A DNA stretch of 64,000 nt from Vairimorpha necatrix (taxonomy: Eukaryota). Shown here piece after piece: positions 23,209 to 37,000 of the stretch. The notes under the pieces are model-generated. The model did not search any database. It saw only the letters and a program-made list of their open reading frames with translations, and had not been told where the DNA came from. Positions within the stretch are counted from its first letter, which is position 1. Each line of letters begins with the position of its first letter. A program made the position numbers and the translations under genes. The DNA is taken from positions 248,001-312,000 of the forward strand of contig CP142731.1 of assembly GCA_036630325.1 (NCBI GenBank), in the 5' to 3' direction.

Positions 23209-25374
23209 ATGAATTTTTTTAAATTTTTTTTTAAGACCAACTATTTAAATATATACGATGCATTAAATATCTCTTTAAGGCATAAAGCAGAAAATAAAGA
23301 TTATTATATGCTTGACTTTGACGCGCAATACTGGAGAGTATGGATTCATTATAGCAATGAAGATAATATAATAATAGGACAAATAACTGAAGATCCGACT
23401 AGTACTTATAGTACAAAAGTAAAGAAAACTTTTTATATCGATTGTGATAACAAATCAATAAAATTAATTTCGATGGAGCTTGAAGATAATGTAAAAAATT
23501 GTAATCGAATATTTTTAACAGATTATAAATTGTTGGTGTATGAACGAGAAGATATTCTAAATTACTCATTAATGAAAAATCTAATAGAGCATATTAGAAA
23601 TACAAATCAAAAATTTAAAGAAGTACATTATGAATATATTTTAGAATTCGACAATGATACAAGCCCAATTTTTTTAATAACTAAATTTGATATTCCATAT
23701 AATGAATTTGAGATAAATATGATTAATCAACCTTTCTACATAATCCAAAAAAACAATACAAAATATATCAGAATTACGATAAATTTAAGAAACTTTTATT
23801 TTTTGTTTGAAATTAATTGCGAAGATATTTTTTCTGCGCTCAAATCTTTACCAGAACATAATGATGATCTTTCAAAATATATATTAGAATTATATAAGTT
23901 CGTAGATATCGATTCCAACAAAAAGTTTTCAAAGAATGATAATTTTGTTCCATATTTTACCGATTTTATAATTAGCTATGGTGGATTAAAACTCGAAACA
24001 AAACAGGATGAAATTGTTTTTAGTCAAACATTTTGTAGTGAAACTTATTTTTTTGAAGATAATTCAAATGAGTGCACCCACGTTAGCGACAAAATCTGCT
24101 ACGACGAATTTAGAAAGATCTTAGAATTTATCTGTAAAATTAAAGTAAAAAAATTTCAAGGAGCTGAACTATTATACAGACTTTTAAAAAAGCATAATAA
24201 GATAGAACTGATTTTATTAAGAATTCTAAATTCTGTTACTGGTTTAAATATATTTTTTCTGCAACTTGGTAATTTATTAGAAGTATTGGAATTAGATGTT
24301 ACAAGAAACCGTGAAAAATACAATACAGATAAAAACAACTTTGTAAAGAGAATTGCATATTTATTATCTTCTAATCATAGCTTTCCTTTTTATCTAATCA
24401 AAATTTGCTTATTCTTAGAGGTTGAAAAAATGCTAAATGAATCAGAGATTGAAAACGATACAATACTCACAACTTTATATAGAATTAATCTATTGTTATC
24501 ACAAAACAATGAATTTGTAGATTTGATGAATGTTTATGACTTTATAAGTCTTTATATGGAAGAAACAAGAAAATTTAATATTGATTTTGAAGAATATGCA
24601 TTAAAAACAGCATCATTGTTTCAAAAATCTGATAATTTCACTATAATAAAAAAATCAAACAAATTTACTTTTAATAAATATGAATTTTGTGAAGAGTTAG
24701 GATTTGATATACATAAAGTAAAAAAAAATTCAGAAATTTTTCTAAAGAGATTAGTTAAAAACATATCTAATTCGGGGAGCAAAGAGCATGATAAGCTACA
24801 AATATCAGATTACAAAAAAAAATTTGAAAAAAAGGTACTAAAATGCTGTAGAAAATACTGTGATAAATTAATAAGCGAAATTAATATTGAAGATGCAAAT
24901 AACGAAGATGAAATGAAGAAATACAAAAGAAACCTAAAAAGCACTTGTAAGTTTGGAATAAGAAAAATTTTAAAATCTTCTGAAATACAAATATTGCGAG
25001 GTGATATGGAAGAAGCTCTACAAAAACATAAAGTAAGAATGTGGACCAATGTAAAAGAACAAGTTAATAAATTAGAAATGTCAATATATGAATATTTATG
25101 TTATAAATATATAAATAAGATAGATAGAGAGTTTACAGCACATTTAACACTTTATAAGGAGAAAACAAAACAAAAGAATGCGAATGAGTTAAAGCAAAAT
25201 CTCATAAAAAAATTTGAAAACATGATAATCAATGGAGTAGAGGATAATAATCTCGAAGGCAAAATCATGGATACTAAATCAAAAATGTCAGAAGAAGAGT
25301 TATTACAATGCATTTCAGAGGGAAAAACAGCTATTGATCTATTAGATAAATTGATAGACATTATAAAGCAATAA
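23209..25374 (+). CDS. Hypothetical protein, 721 aa, Lys/Glu-rich helical C-terminus
   Basis: Long ORF in AT-rich DNA with a CCC motif before the ATG; no motif recognised. Confidence 0.85.
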   Translation: MNFFKFFFKTNYLNIYDALNISLRHKAENKDYYMLDFDAQYWRVWIHYSNEDNIIIGQITEDPTSTYSTKVKKTFYIDCDNKSIKLISMELEDNVKNCNRIFLTDYKLLVYEREDILNYSLMKNLIEHIRNTNQKFKEVHYEYILEFDNDTSPIFLITKFDIPYNEFEINMINQPFYIIQKNNTKYIRITINLRNFYFLFEINCEDIFSALKSLPEHNDDLSKYILELYKFVDIDSNKKFSKNDNFVPYFTDFIISYGGLKLETKQDEIVFSQTFCSETYFFEDNSNECTHVSDKICYDEFRKILEFICKIKVKKFQGAELLYRLLKKHNKIELILLRILNSVTGLNIFFLQLGNLLEVLELDVTRNREKYNTDKNNFVKRIAYLLSSNHSFPFYLIKICLFLEVEKMLNESEIENDTILTTLYRINLLLSQNNEFVDLMNVYDFISLYMEETRKFNIDFEEYALKTASLFQKSDNFTIIKKSNKFTFNKYEFCEELGFDIHKVKKNSEIFLKRLVKNISNSGSKEHDKLQISDYKKKFEKKVLKCCRKYCDKLISEINIEDANNEDEMKKYKRNLKSTCKFGIRKILKSSEIQILRGDMEEALQKHKVRMWTNVKEQVNKLEMSIYEYLCYKYINKIDREFTAHLTLYKEKTKQKNANELKQNLIKKFENMIINGVEDNNLEGKIMDTKSKMSEEELLQCISEGKTAIDLLDKLIDIIKQ

Positions 25375-26349
25375 AAATAAAATTTTTATGATAATTTATT
25401 TTCAAATTAAAAAGATCATGTATAGAAAACAAATTATATCATGTTTTTACTTTTAAAATTTGATTTTCAGATCATTATATTATAGTCTTGTTTGAGCATT
25501 TTTTCTTGAAATACTTAATATTATAATTTTCTATAATCACAGCCGCTTTCGTGTTTGTAATTGTTTCTTTAAATGAAGGCAATTTAATATCTAAAATTAT
25601 CCTGTAATCCCTTTATTGTATATACCTATCCGAAGTATCTACTCTAAAATATTTACTATCATCATCAGATATATAAAAGAATTTTTTCACCCTGTTTTTG
25701 TGATTCTTATATATATATATCTATGTGTTTGAATCTTACTATGTTTATAACAATAAAAATATAAATTAATGTTTACAATTGAAAATGTTAGGCACGTATA
25801 CTATATGTTAATAAGTTTCTATACAATATTCTATGTTTCAATAAACTTGGTTCAAAAATATCGTCGGTATCTGTTTAAAATTTTAACCTTTCCACAAAAA
25901 ATTACAAAAACATTAAACCAATAAAGATTTCAGATATAAGTGTCAAAAATTGAACTTAAAAACATTTAATGCTTTCAATCCGAATTATATTGAGTAATTA
26001 CATTCAAAAGGTTTTATCAAGTTAAATTTAAAGCTGTTTTTTTTTTTTGAAAAATTACATCTCTTTCTTTTATTTAAAACCAACAATAATTAAAAACAAG
26101 AAAAACTACATAAATACATATCTCCTGTTTTCAAAACGGGAAAGCATACGCTATTACGTAAAAATTGAATTATGAAATTCAATATATCATAAAGAAATAC
26201 GTGTTTTAAAAAATATTAAAATTATCTTTTAGTGAAAAAATCGAAATTTTTACTTAAATTGTAATTAATTTTTGTAAAATAACTATAAAAATTTCGGCCT
26301 TTAAAGTGTATTTCTTGAGCTTTTTCTAAAGTATTATGTTTATACAAGC

Positions 26350-27830
26350 AAATGAAAGTTTACCTGATATAATGTTAGTACAATTATGGAAAGCATCAAA
26401 AAAGAAGAATGTGCACCACTTGATATTAATGATGAATATCATAGCGTAACTTTAAAATATTCGGGTGGAGGAAAAATATATAATATGTTCTACGTTGTAC
26501 ACAACAACGAATTTGAACATTTTTTTAAAAAAATAAAAACGAGTGATTTGCAATAACAACACCATCAAAGACATTATATTGGAAATTAGAGGAACAATTT
26601 TGTAAATCTCAATTATTAACAGCTCAAAGCCATTTAATTTGATATACAATAAAGATGAATTAGAAAAAGTCGTTGAAAAATCTAAAGGTACTATCAAGAA
26701 CAATAATATAGAAAAAATCGAAAAATTAAAACCAAAAGAAAAAAAGAAAAGGGCCGATTTAATTTTGAACATATTTGTTACGAGAAATCATATATTAAGG
26801 AAGCATATAATGAAATTACAAAAATCCAATATGCTACCAAACATAATCTACGTATTTCAGAGTCTGTCATTAGTATCTGATCATTGCATTAGATTCAGAA
26901 TAAGTATAAAAAATATATATTATTTTTTCAAATAAAATATTCGTAAATGAGCAAACTTGACAAAAGTAATTTCACTTGATAAAAAATGGTCTGATGCTCT
27001 TTCCTCGGTCTGTGATTCTTTATGCAAAGGTGGTGATGTCGATTTGCCATTTATATGATATGCCAAAAGATATGTTAAGAGCAAGCTATCAAAAAGGATT
27101 CTATGATGCAAAAAAAAATAAGGCATAATGAAGACGAAAATCAATTAAAATACGATTCTTGGAACTATTATCTCACATTAAGATGTAATTTAGCTTACGA
27201 CAAAATGTACACCAATTCAAGCGATCAATGTCGCAAGGAAATTGATAATTTATTATCTAGGATCTCTGCCATACTTTTTACTAATAATTACGAAAACATT
27301 GAAGAGTTTAGTCATTTACTCAAAGAAACAGATTCTATGGATTTTACAATTCGACGAATGTAAATGATAAGAATTTGGAGTTAAAAGGATTACTGACACA
27401 TATTTTATAAAAAAAAGTATAAATAACGAAATAAACTTAATTTACTTTTTGGAAATAAAAAAAACATATGAATACAAAATAAAATTCATCATATATATGA
27501 TTTATGACCATTTAACCCGTCAAATATCATTTATTTGTCCATAAGTCAAAATATTTTTTTTTGATTGAAACAGAGAGATTATTAAAAAAAACTAATGAAA
27601 TTGATTACATTGAGGATTATTTTTTCCAAACACTTAAAGACCTGAAAAACAAATTGGGTCTAATTACAATATGAATATAACCTGCGCGAGTAATCATAAA
27701 GAAGGTATTAATTTGCTGGGATATATGACTTTTATGATTTTAAAATTGAATGAACTCCTGCAAAATCTCTTATACATAATTTATGGCACTAATATCATTA
27801 TTTACGAGATCGAAAATAAGCCCAATGTTT
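26350..27830 (+). pseudogene. Probable decayed gene of unknown family
   Basis: Successive short + strand ORFs (26639-26935, 27103-27363) with coding-like purine bias; boundaries approximate. Confidence 0.35.
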
Positions 27831-29944
27831 AACTTCAGTACTAAAAAAATATGAAATGTTTGAAAAAGATAAGATTATGAATGCATGGACTAAGACCCTT
27901 TAAAGGTAGAAAAAGCCAACAAAAAATTAGAAACGAGGTAGTCGGTTGTCATATGAAGCGATTACTAAGAAAAGAAAATAAAAGAACATCTTTTTGTTCC
28001 CTTGAACACATATTAAATTTAAAATTTTTTTATCGTAAATTTATTTTTTTAAGAAAAAATTATGTTTTTTCTTTTACAAAAAGCTATTCGAAGCATAAGA
28101 ACACGCTGAACGGCGATTATGTTATAAAAAAAATTATTAGTTAACACTGTTATTTGTATTCTTTTATTATAGAGTTATGTTTTTCTAAAACAACGCTTTT
28201 AGTTGAATAAAAATTGTAGTATATATCAAACGCAAATATAATTAGTAATATGATACCATGTAAAAGCTATTTACATGCACTCTTAGACATTTTATAACTG
28301 TTAATACGTCTTGTATAATATAAAAAAAAATTTACTCATCTAAAATTTTATGAAATTGAAGAAGCAGCAAATATAACAAATTTTACTTTAATTCAATATT
28401 TTCTTTATATTATTAATAGCTTGTTTTTTATAAAAGTATTTACATATATCAACACGTCTTTGTAAAACTATTTCTTCGGGTTAATTAATAATTTATTTTG
28501 TCGATAAATTCGCAATAGTTTTAAATATAAGGAAATTATTTATGTTGTTCTTATAATTACCATTTTAATGTCACCAACAAAATGCTTTATCTATTGATAC
28601 TATGTTTTGATGCATCAAAGAATAGTAAATTAAATTATTACTAGTTATACAAGAGTATTGTTGTTTTTTTCTGAATTTTATGTCATGTTTTTTTTTAGAA
28701 ACTTAACTAGTAGTATAGAATCTACACTTTTAATATGTTAGTTTTGGTGATATAAAATATATTTATCAATTTAACCAAGATGTTCAAAAAAAATTTTCCA
28801 GAAATTAGGTCATCCCTGGGTTAAAAGCATTTGTATTCTTATGGAACATTAAAGCCTTTTAATAGACGCTGTAAATAACAAAGAGGATAAAATATTATAT
28901 TTTTTAATTTTGAAAAATACAAAACATGTCCAATTAATTTTATAAACAATTTGGAGGTGTAAATGGAGAAAAAAATCTAAGCAAAATATCAACATCTGAA
29001 GTCAACAAAAATGTTTGTTCTATAATAATAAATATGCAGTAGAGTTAAAGAAACTTTTTCCTTGATTTTTTTTTTCTAGAGTAGTCACGGGTATTTTTTT
29101 TTAAGGTATATACTGAAGGCTCCCCAATTATATCATATCACAGAGTCAAGTTTATACAAAGTATAAAATAGATTGTACAAAAAATTTTATTTATGTAATT
29201 CATTTCATATTCGTATAATAATCTAAATCAAAAAATTCAAATTGGATAAGAAAAATATATTGTTTGTATATCTTTTGAATATACTCTTTGCGCACTACAA
29301 TAAAAAAGCTAATAATAAAAAACCAATCTTATTTGTAAATAAATAAAATATTTTTTCTTCTTGTATGTTAAAAAAATATTCTGTTAAAATGTGTTATTAT
29401 TTTTGTACAGCAATCCAACATATGAGTAACTAAAAATAAGAACATTTTTTATTTTGTACTTTTTTGTAAGATCACGTACAAAGCCATATGATGGCATACC
29501 TGGTATGACTTGGAAATTGTAAATTTTTATTTGGTATTGTTATCTTAATTTAAAAGACTATATTTCGGCAGGAGAAAATACTTTAAACGGAAGAGTTTTT
29601 AATGTTTTTTCATGTTCGATTATACATTCCAGGTCGATTTTATGAAATGTCCATATAAGGCAAACACTATACGAACATAAATATTTGTTTTAATAGTCAA
29701 AATCTTTAATTTAAACAAATATGCGCTGGAAGTTATCAACACAATTTTTAGTTTGCATGGTTAATTTTGTATGCACAACGCGAACAATTTTTTTGTTTTA
29801 TGTTTTAGCTATTAGCAATTATATTATTGTTCGATGATAGTTGGTGAAATTAATAATTCAACTTATAGATTTTTAGATTTACAAATCTATATCTATCTAT
29901 ATATTTAATGGTCTTATATCTAAAATACTTGCATTGTTTGCAAC

Positions 29945-30239
29945 CTTTATTTCTTTATTATTTAAATATATTTATTGGGTTAATATTGCCTCAATGTTGT
30001 TTACAATTAGCACATATAATCACAGAGTTGCTTATGGAAATTTATTCTTCATAGATTATTGTTTCTGTGTTTTATCAATTCATTCAAGCTCTATCGATAC
30101 ACTGCTGTCTTTTCTACACACATAATTTATTCATCAGTTATTTTTCCAACTATGCACTTACAGCTATAGCCATTTCTTCTCTTGTAACATCTTCTTAGTC
30201 GTATCCTCGGCGTCGATCTAAGAAAATAGACCCTCATCT
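29945..30239 (-). mobile_element. Decayed 3' fragment of an R4-like LINE
   Basis: ~30151-30235 aligns by eye with ~8852-8936 (RRRGYD...AVSA coding segment). Confidence 0.7.
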
Positions 30240-30595
30240 AAAAAAAATATTTTTATTTGATACCATACAAAATTTGCTTTTGCATTACAATATATATAAT
30301 TTGTTCGGGTATAATATTCGGCCTATTAATTACTTTTCACAAGATACGCTTACAGTCTCATCTGGCAGTTCCAGGACTTCCTTCTGAGATTCACTCATTG
30401 GGCTCTCGAAGACACCTTTCTGATCTGTATCAAACCCATGTCTGGCTGACATATTTAGGCTTTCTAAAGTCATTTTAAGGACTCTTGACTGTATATATGC
30501 TTCCGTTCTGGGTTCTAATCTGAGCACTTTGATATGCGTACGGTGAAAATTAGTTACTATTCCATCCCACGTCATCACATAAGGAATAATGCATT
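30240..30595 (-). mobile_element. 5'-truncated 3' fragment of a second R4-like LINE subfamily
   Basis: Encodes IIPYVMTWDGIVTNFH...EAYIQSRVLKMTLESL, homologous to 8696-9445; ends AATAAA then T8 on the sense strand. Confidence 0.85.
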
Positions 30596-32892
30596 ACATT
30601 AAAAAATCATTTATAAGAAGAACATTAAAATTAAACAGACATATTTGTCAAAAAAATTCAAGAAGAAATGAAATTGCTATTTTATTCATATGTTCTACTA
30701 AACTACAAGACAAGTTAAACTATAAAAAACTTTTGCATTCTCATAGGTGAGCTTAGCTATAAGATTTACACGTATGCTAACTATTTAGATTTTATATGTT
30801 TTTAGAACGCCCGTACTTTGCTTTTGTGGAGATATTCAAATAAAAAAAAACTAAAACTATTCAATACTTATAGTGATACATCATTACTTTAAGTCAAAAT
30901 AAAAAAAATTAATATCTCATACAGCGTTTTTTAGTATTTTGATCTTTTCGGCTGATCAGACTCTTTTTCATTTATATATTTTGTCTTTTTAACATTTTTT
31001 TACAAAAATGAGGAAAACATAAAATTAATAAGAAAAAAATAAAAAGTATAAAAAGGCACATAAGTGAATGTAAAATTTTTAAAATATCATATAACATAAA
31101 AAATCGATATAAATGAAAAGAAAATTTTTGTAATCTATATAGAACAAATAATTGAGGAGGAAACAATATCTAAAACATACCTTTCCTCTGAGATTCCATT
31201 AAGTTTCTATAATGAATAATTAGATAGGACATTAACACAATATATTACCTTACAGCAATTTGTGGAACATCGAATTTGGCGTTCTTAAAAAACATAATAA
31301 TTTCATTAAAGATGCATTCATATAAAATACAATCTAACTGGTAATACGAATGTATTTGTCAAAACCAACCAATAAAAAAGAAGAAAAAAACAATATAATA
31401 GAGACCATCAGATGGTGGAAGTTTTGATATTTAGCCAAGATTGAATTGCATAACAATGAAAGAGTTTAATTATATACATTTAACGATAGTAAATAAATTT
31501 TCCCTTGGTTAAATATTAAAAAATATATGAAAATGAGGAAATGATTGTTTTTTTCTCTTGTTAGAGAGTATATATGACATTAAAAAGGGGTATATTTATC
31601 AATCATTCGACCATTGAAGACATCGTTAATACAGAAAACGCTGTGTTTATAGATAGCATTTGAAGAAAATGACCATTGAAAAAAAGCATTTTTATCTGGC
31701 GCAAAGATTAAACAAAAATTAGTAGTAAATCGATAGATAAGTATTAAAGCCAAGATACACTTTTATTTTTTTAGTATCAATATTAGCATTGTAGAATTTA
31801 CTAAATCTCACATCGTTTATTTCGTTCTCTTCATCTTGGTTTTATAGTTTTAAGAAAAAAAATAAAACATGAAGGGTACGATCTCGTGGATAAAAAGAGT
31901 CAGATTGTTTGACTATTCCATCACATTTATTCTTAAATTGAACAATAATGATAGAGTTCTGCTCAGTTAACTTTTTAAAATTAATCGTTGTACTTTTTAA
32001 TGTAATTTTGTTTATATTTTTTTTTGAAAAAACTAAATTTGGTCAAAACATTATGAAAAGAGAAAGTACATAAATTTATAGGGAAACAATTTTACAAAAA
32101 TTAATGAATCATTTAGTAATTAACTTAGTGAATTCTTGTAGTTAGTTTAAACAGTTTATTTAATTTTGAACACGGCATCTTTCTCGCTAAAAAAATTTCA
32201 AACGTTTTTTCTACTTCTAAAATCATCAATTTTTTTGTGTAGGTTTCTCAATTTTGTTTTTTTCTTTTACTTGAAAATTTGTAAACTAGATTTAATGAAT
32301 TATTATAAATTAAGTATTAGTGATCGTTTATATTTTCTAAATTTTTAAAATATAAAAAAGTAATTTGTAATGAATCATTGTTTATTCATTAATTATTTTT
32401 TTGGTGTAATAAAATCGCATAAAATTCAAAAAATATAAGTTTATGATGAAGATCACATAAATAAATTTGAAGAAATACCTTTTTTTAGTATTCTATTCCA
32501 TCTAAAAATATCACAACAAAATTTGACTTATAATCTCTTATATATAATCTGATGTGAAGTGTGTTTTTATAACAATATCTAAGCATCTAATGTTTAAATG
32601 TTTTTTTGTAATGTAATAGCTTTGTTTTTTATATAGGGTCAATTTTCATAATGTCATATGTCTTTTTATGAGTTTATTTAATAATAATGCTTCAATAAAT
32701 TGATTATTGAGAAAATCCTCATTGTCTATAATAATTTATGTATTGGTCTAATTAAAATAATTCTACAGTTTATTAAATACTTCTACATATAATTTTTCAT
32801 ATTGCTGAAATGAACTCATTTTTCTGAATCAGGTCTTTTCGCGTGAAACAAACGCCATATGCCCTTCCGTTTGATGCGAATTTTTTTTTTTA

Positions 32893-33511
32893 CATGACCG
32901 TTTAGAACCCGCTTTGGATAATGAAACCGCTTTGAAAATTAAATGACCCCTTTCAAAAATGGCCAAATTGGCAAAAACAATGTTTGTTGAGGCAGATGAG
33001 CTTTTAAGTGATAAAATGAATTTATGCGTGGAAAACAAAGAAAAGTTTATTTTGGTAACATTTGATGCTGAATCAGCGTGCGCCTTGCTCGTTTTTTGTA
33101 ACTAATGGAAACTGCTATTTCCTTGAGGTAATAGAAGATAATGTACAACTTGTTTATTTAGATCTCCAATCAATAAGTAGAACATAAACCACATTAGACA
33201 AGCAAAGGGAGGGAGCACAGATCTTTGATCCACTCATCAAATCTGTAAACACTAGCGATTTTGAGACACAATACCAAACAATTTAGTTAATTATGGCTCA
33301 TTTCCAAAAGAAATATTTGATCTAGACATGGAATAACCCGGGACGAACACTATAAGTAACTTATACAGTCCCTCTGGGCTTCACAAATCCTCAAAATCAA
33401 CGGCAAATCATCTCCTTTTATTATTTAAAATAAATCGTTAAGTCTATTTTTTGATTATTTTTTATTTTTGTTTTTTTTTTAAATTTTCAAAGCGGGTTCC
33501 AAACGGACATG
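32893..33511. mobile_element. TA-flanked TIR element (Tc1/mariner-superfamily-like deletion derivative)
   Basis: TIR CATG(A/T)CCGTTT(A/G)GAACCCGCTTTG at both ends, each flanked by TA; no intact ORF. Confidence 0.7.
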
Positions 33512-33867
33512 TACCATTTTTTTATATAAAGTGCAATTCCAACATTTTTTAACTTTGTTTTGAAAAATTTAAATTTATAGGAAAAAATTACTATAAAACA
33601 ACTTTGTGGTTGTATGTAAATAGTAAAAAATTATAATATATAACGTATAAGATATAATATACAAGTTATAAATCTTTATATAGTTTAGACACCCATTTAC
33701 TAATTTTTAGTTGAAGTCTTTTTTAGAATTTTTTTGTGTGGGGTTAAAAAATTCTAATAATATATTCTGACGATTCCTTAGAGCTGAGTTTTATCAAAAA
33801 AACAAATAAAAGAAAAATGCGTGTATCAAGAATATACATGTATAATGTCAAAATGAGGGATTATATT

Positions 33868-34095
33868 TGTGGTATTACAACCACATGTAAAATTCCATTT
33901 TCCCAAAATGGAATTTCTTAAATATTTTTTTTAAAAAATATTATTTTTCGACCCCAACAAAAAGAAAGAAGTAGATGCAGAAAAACAACAATAAACATTT
34001 TTTAAATAATAAACAAACAAGGCCCAAGGAGCCGTTTACAAGTAGTTTGCTAGAGGCCTACTTTCAACGAGGGTTCATCCCTCGTGACCACCTCA
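33868..34095 (+). repeat. 5' LTR of element B
   Basis: Direct repeat of 37696-37923; contains the gag start at 33975. Confidence 0.96.
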
Positions 34096-37000
34096 AGTTG
34101 AATTCAACGAGGAAAACTCATATCAAAGATGAAAAGAAAGAAAAAGAACATACAGAATTTGAAAAAAATATACAAGGAACTGCAGTTAAGAGCAAAGTAA
34201 AAATTTATAACATTTATGATATTCAACAAGATTTAACCATAAATCAACTCCAAAAATTTGAGATGTTAGCTAAAGCAAATGATTGGAATGACGAACAAAT
34301 GGCTTTGATTTACATGGATTGTATACACGATCCAAGAAAAGATTATTTACCATCAGATTCTTATATTGCATTAAGAAAGTCACTGTTGAATTTTATTTAT
34401 CCACCGGAACAAAAAAGACATGCGATACGTGAATTAGATAATACAAGCCAAATAAGTTATTTTAGTATCAAAGAATATAAAGAAACAATCGAGGAAAGAC
34501 TTAACAGTTATTCATATTATAATGATCTAAAAAAAAGAGAAGCTCTGCATAAAATGGAAGAAGTATTTTTAAAGGGACTAGGAGATTTCACACATTTAGA
34601 ATTAACAAGACAAAATATAAGTAAGGAAATTTATGAAATTTATAATTACCTTGTTCTAATAGAAAATGAAATTTTAACTAAAGTCGAGAAACCCAATACC
34701 CATTATGAAAAAGAAAATTTTGATTATAACAGAAATACTCAATTTAATAACCCGAAATGGTGCTCACTTCATAAGAGTAACTATACTCATGATACCAGGC
34801 GTTGTTACGCCTTACATAATAAAAAAAGATTGCCTGAATTTGCAGATCACAAGGATAAAAATATGATTATTAAACAACGTAGCCAATGTCCAGAAGACAT
34901 TACTGTAATAGGAAAAATAGGTAATAAGGATGTGAAAATGCTATTAGATAGCGGATCAAGGAGAAATTATATTACTAAAAGCGCAGTTAATGAATTTAAT
35001 TTAAAGAAAGAAGAATGTGCTAGAATTAAAACCATTTTTGGAAATAATGAAACAGCAGAATCCAATGAAATGGTCAATACTGTTGTTACGATAAAAGAAA
35101 AACCTTTTGAAGTAAAATTTTGCGTTTTAGAAAAATTACCCGTTAATTTTGTTCTAGGGAACGAATTTCTTGACATGCATTGTGCAAAGTTAGATTACGC
35201 CGAAGGAACGGTAGAATTAGATGGACTACGAATTGACATGGTACATAAAGAGGGAAATGCTGAGGAATTGCTAGATAAAGAAATAGTTAATAAATTATGT
35301 CAGGTTAGCGAAAGCGAAGAATTTAATAAACTATTAGACTTCTATATTAAAGAAAACAAAAAATTTACCTCTATGAAAACAAACCTAGCTTCGTTTAATG
35401 TAATACAACCAGTTTTAAAAACAAAGAAGATTACCTATACAGTTCCATTTAAATATATTGAAAAGGCGAAAATGGAAATTAAAAGACTTTTAGATGCAGA
35501 TATAATTGAAAAGAGTTCTTCTGATATAATAAGCCCTGCATTTTTTATAGAAAAGAAAAATAAATATTTACGTTTAGTAGTAGATTATAGGGAAGTAAAT
35601 AAAGCTTTACAAGATGACCCATGGATATTGCCCAAAATTGAGGATTGTCTAACAATAATGGGATCTAACAAATTTTTTACGCAGATTGATTTAAGTAACG
35701 GATTTAATCAGATAAAAATAGATGAACAAAGCAAGAAATATACATCGTTTTTTTTATTAGGACAACAGTGGCAATACAAGAGAATTCCCTTTGGAATTAA
35801 GCCCGGTCCAAAATTATTTCAAAGAAATATTTCAAACATTTTAGGAGATTTCGATAATGTATTTGTTTTCATAGATGATATTGTGATTTATAATAAAACA
35901 AAAGAAAGTCATTTAATTTCCGTAGAAAAAATACTAGAAACTTTATATAGCAAAAATGTCCAAATAAATTTCGAAAAATCGAAGTTTTTTTAACCAGAAA
36001 TTGAAGTTTTGGGTTACAAAATAAATCACGAAGGAATTTTTCCAAAAACTAATTATTTAAATAATAGAATATTCGAGAAAGAAATAAGAACGAAAAAGGA
36101 TTTACAAAAACTGTTAGGAGTGATAAACTGGTACAGAAAGTTTATTCCAGATCTTTCGATAAGGATTAATAAATTTACAGATATGTTAAAAAACAAGAAT
36201 GAAAATAAAATTAAAATAACGACCGAAATGAGAAAGGAAGTTGACAGAATTAAAGAGTGGATTTTAGGTAATCATATGTTATCATTTCCCGATTACAATA
36301 GTAAATTTACATTACACGTTGACGCGAGCGAAATAGGTTTAGGAAGTACACTAACACAAAAGGATAAAATCATTAGATATTATAGTAAAAAATTTTCCGG
36401 TCCAGAATTAAATTACAGTATTGTTGAGAAGGAATTTTTGGCAATTGTTTTATCTATGCTCAATTTTAAAAACATAATCCAAGGATCTTATGTAGAGATT
36501 TATACTGATAGTAAAAATTGTATCTATGAAAATAAAATCGAAACATCAAGAATTAATAGATGGAAATTGTTGTTAAATGAATTTAGTTTTTCACTAAATC
36601 ATATAGATGGTAATAAAAATTGTATGGCAGATAATCTATCAAGAAATTTCATTGGAATCGGAAATAATGAAAACAATAATCACGAAGAAATTATTAAACT
36701 AAACCAAGAATGTTGTCTCAGAGACAAAAACGGTAACTTTATATTTGATAAAGAAAAGCGCTACATAGTTAAATTTAACCAAGTAAAAAAATTTATATCA
36801 TTTATGCATGAATTTGGACTTCATAGAGGAATTTCTACCCTATATTACAATATAAAGCGCTATTACTATATAAAACGAATCTTTAAAGAAATAAGAAATA
36901 CCATTAGCAAATGTAAAATTTGTGGAATTTATAAAAATAAGCATCCTAAAAAATATATCACTGGCAATATAGTAGCACAAAGAAAATTTGAAAAGGTAAG

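Noticed and set aside
35985-36009. Programmed gag-pol frameshift at the T run
   Set aside because: Both ORFs are in the same frame and the break lies within RT; it is a nonsense codon.
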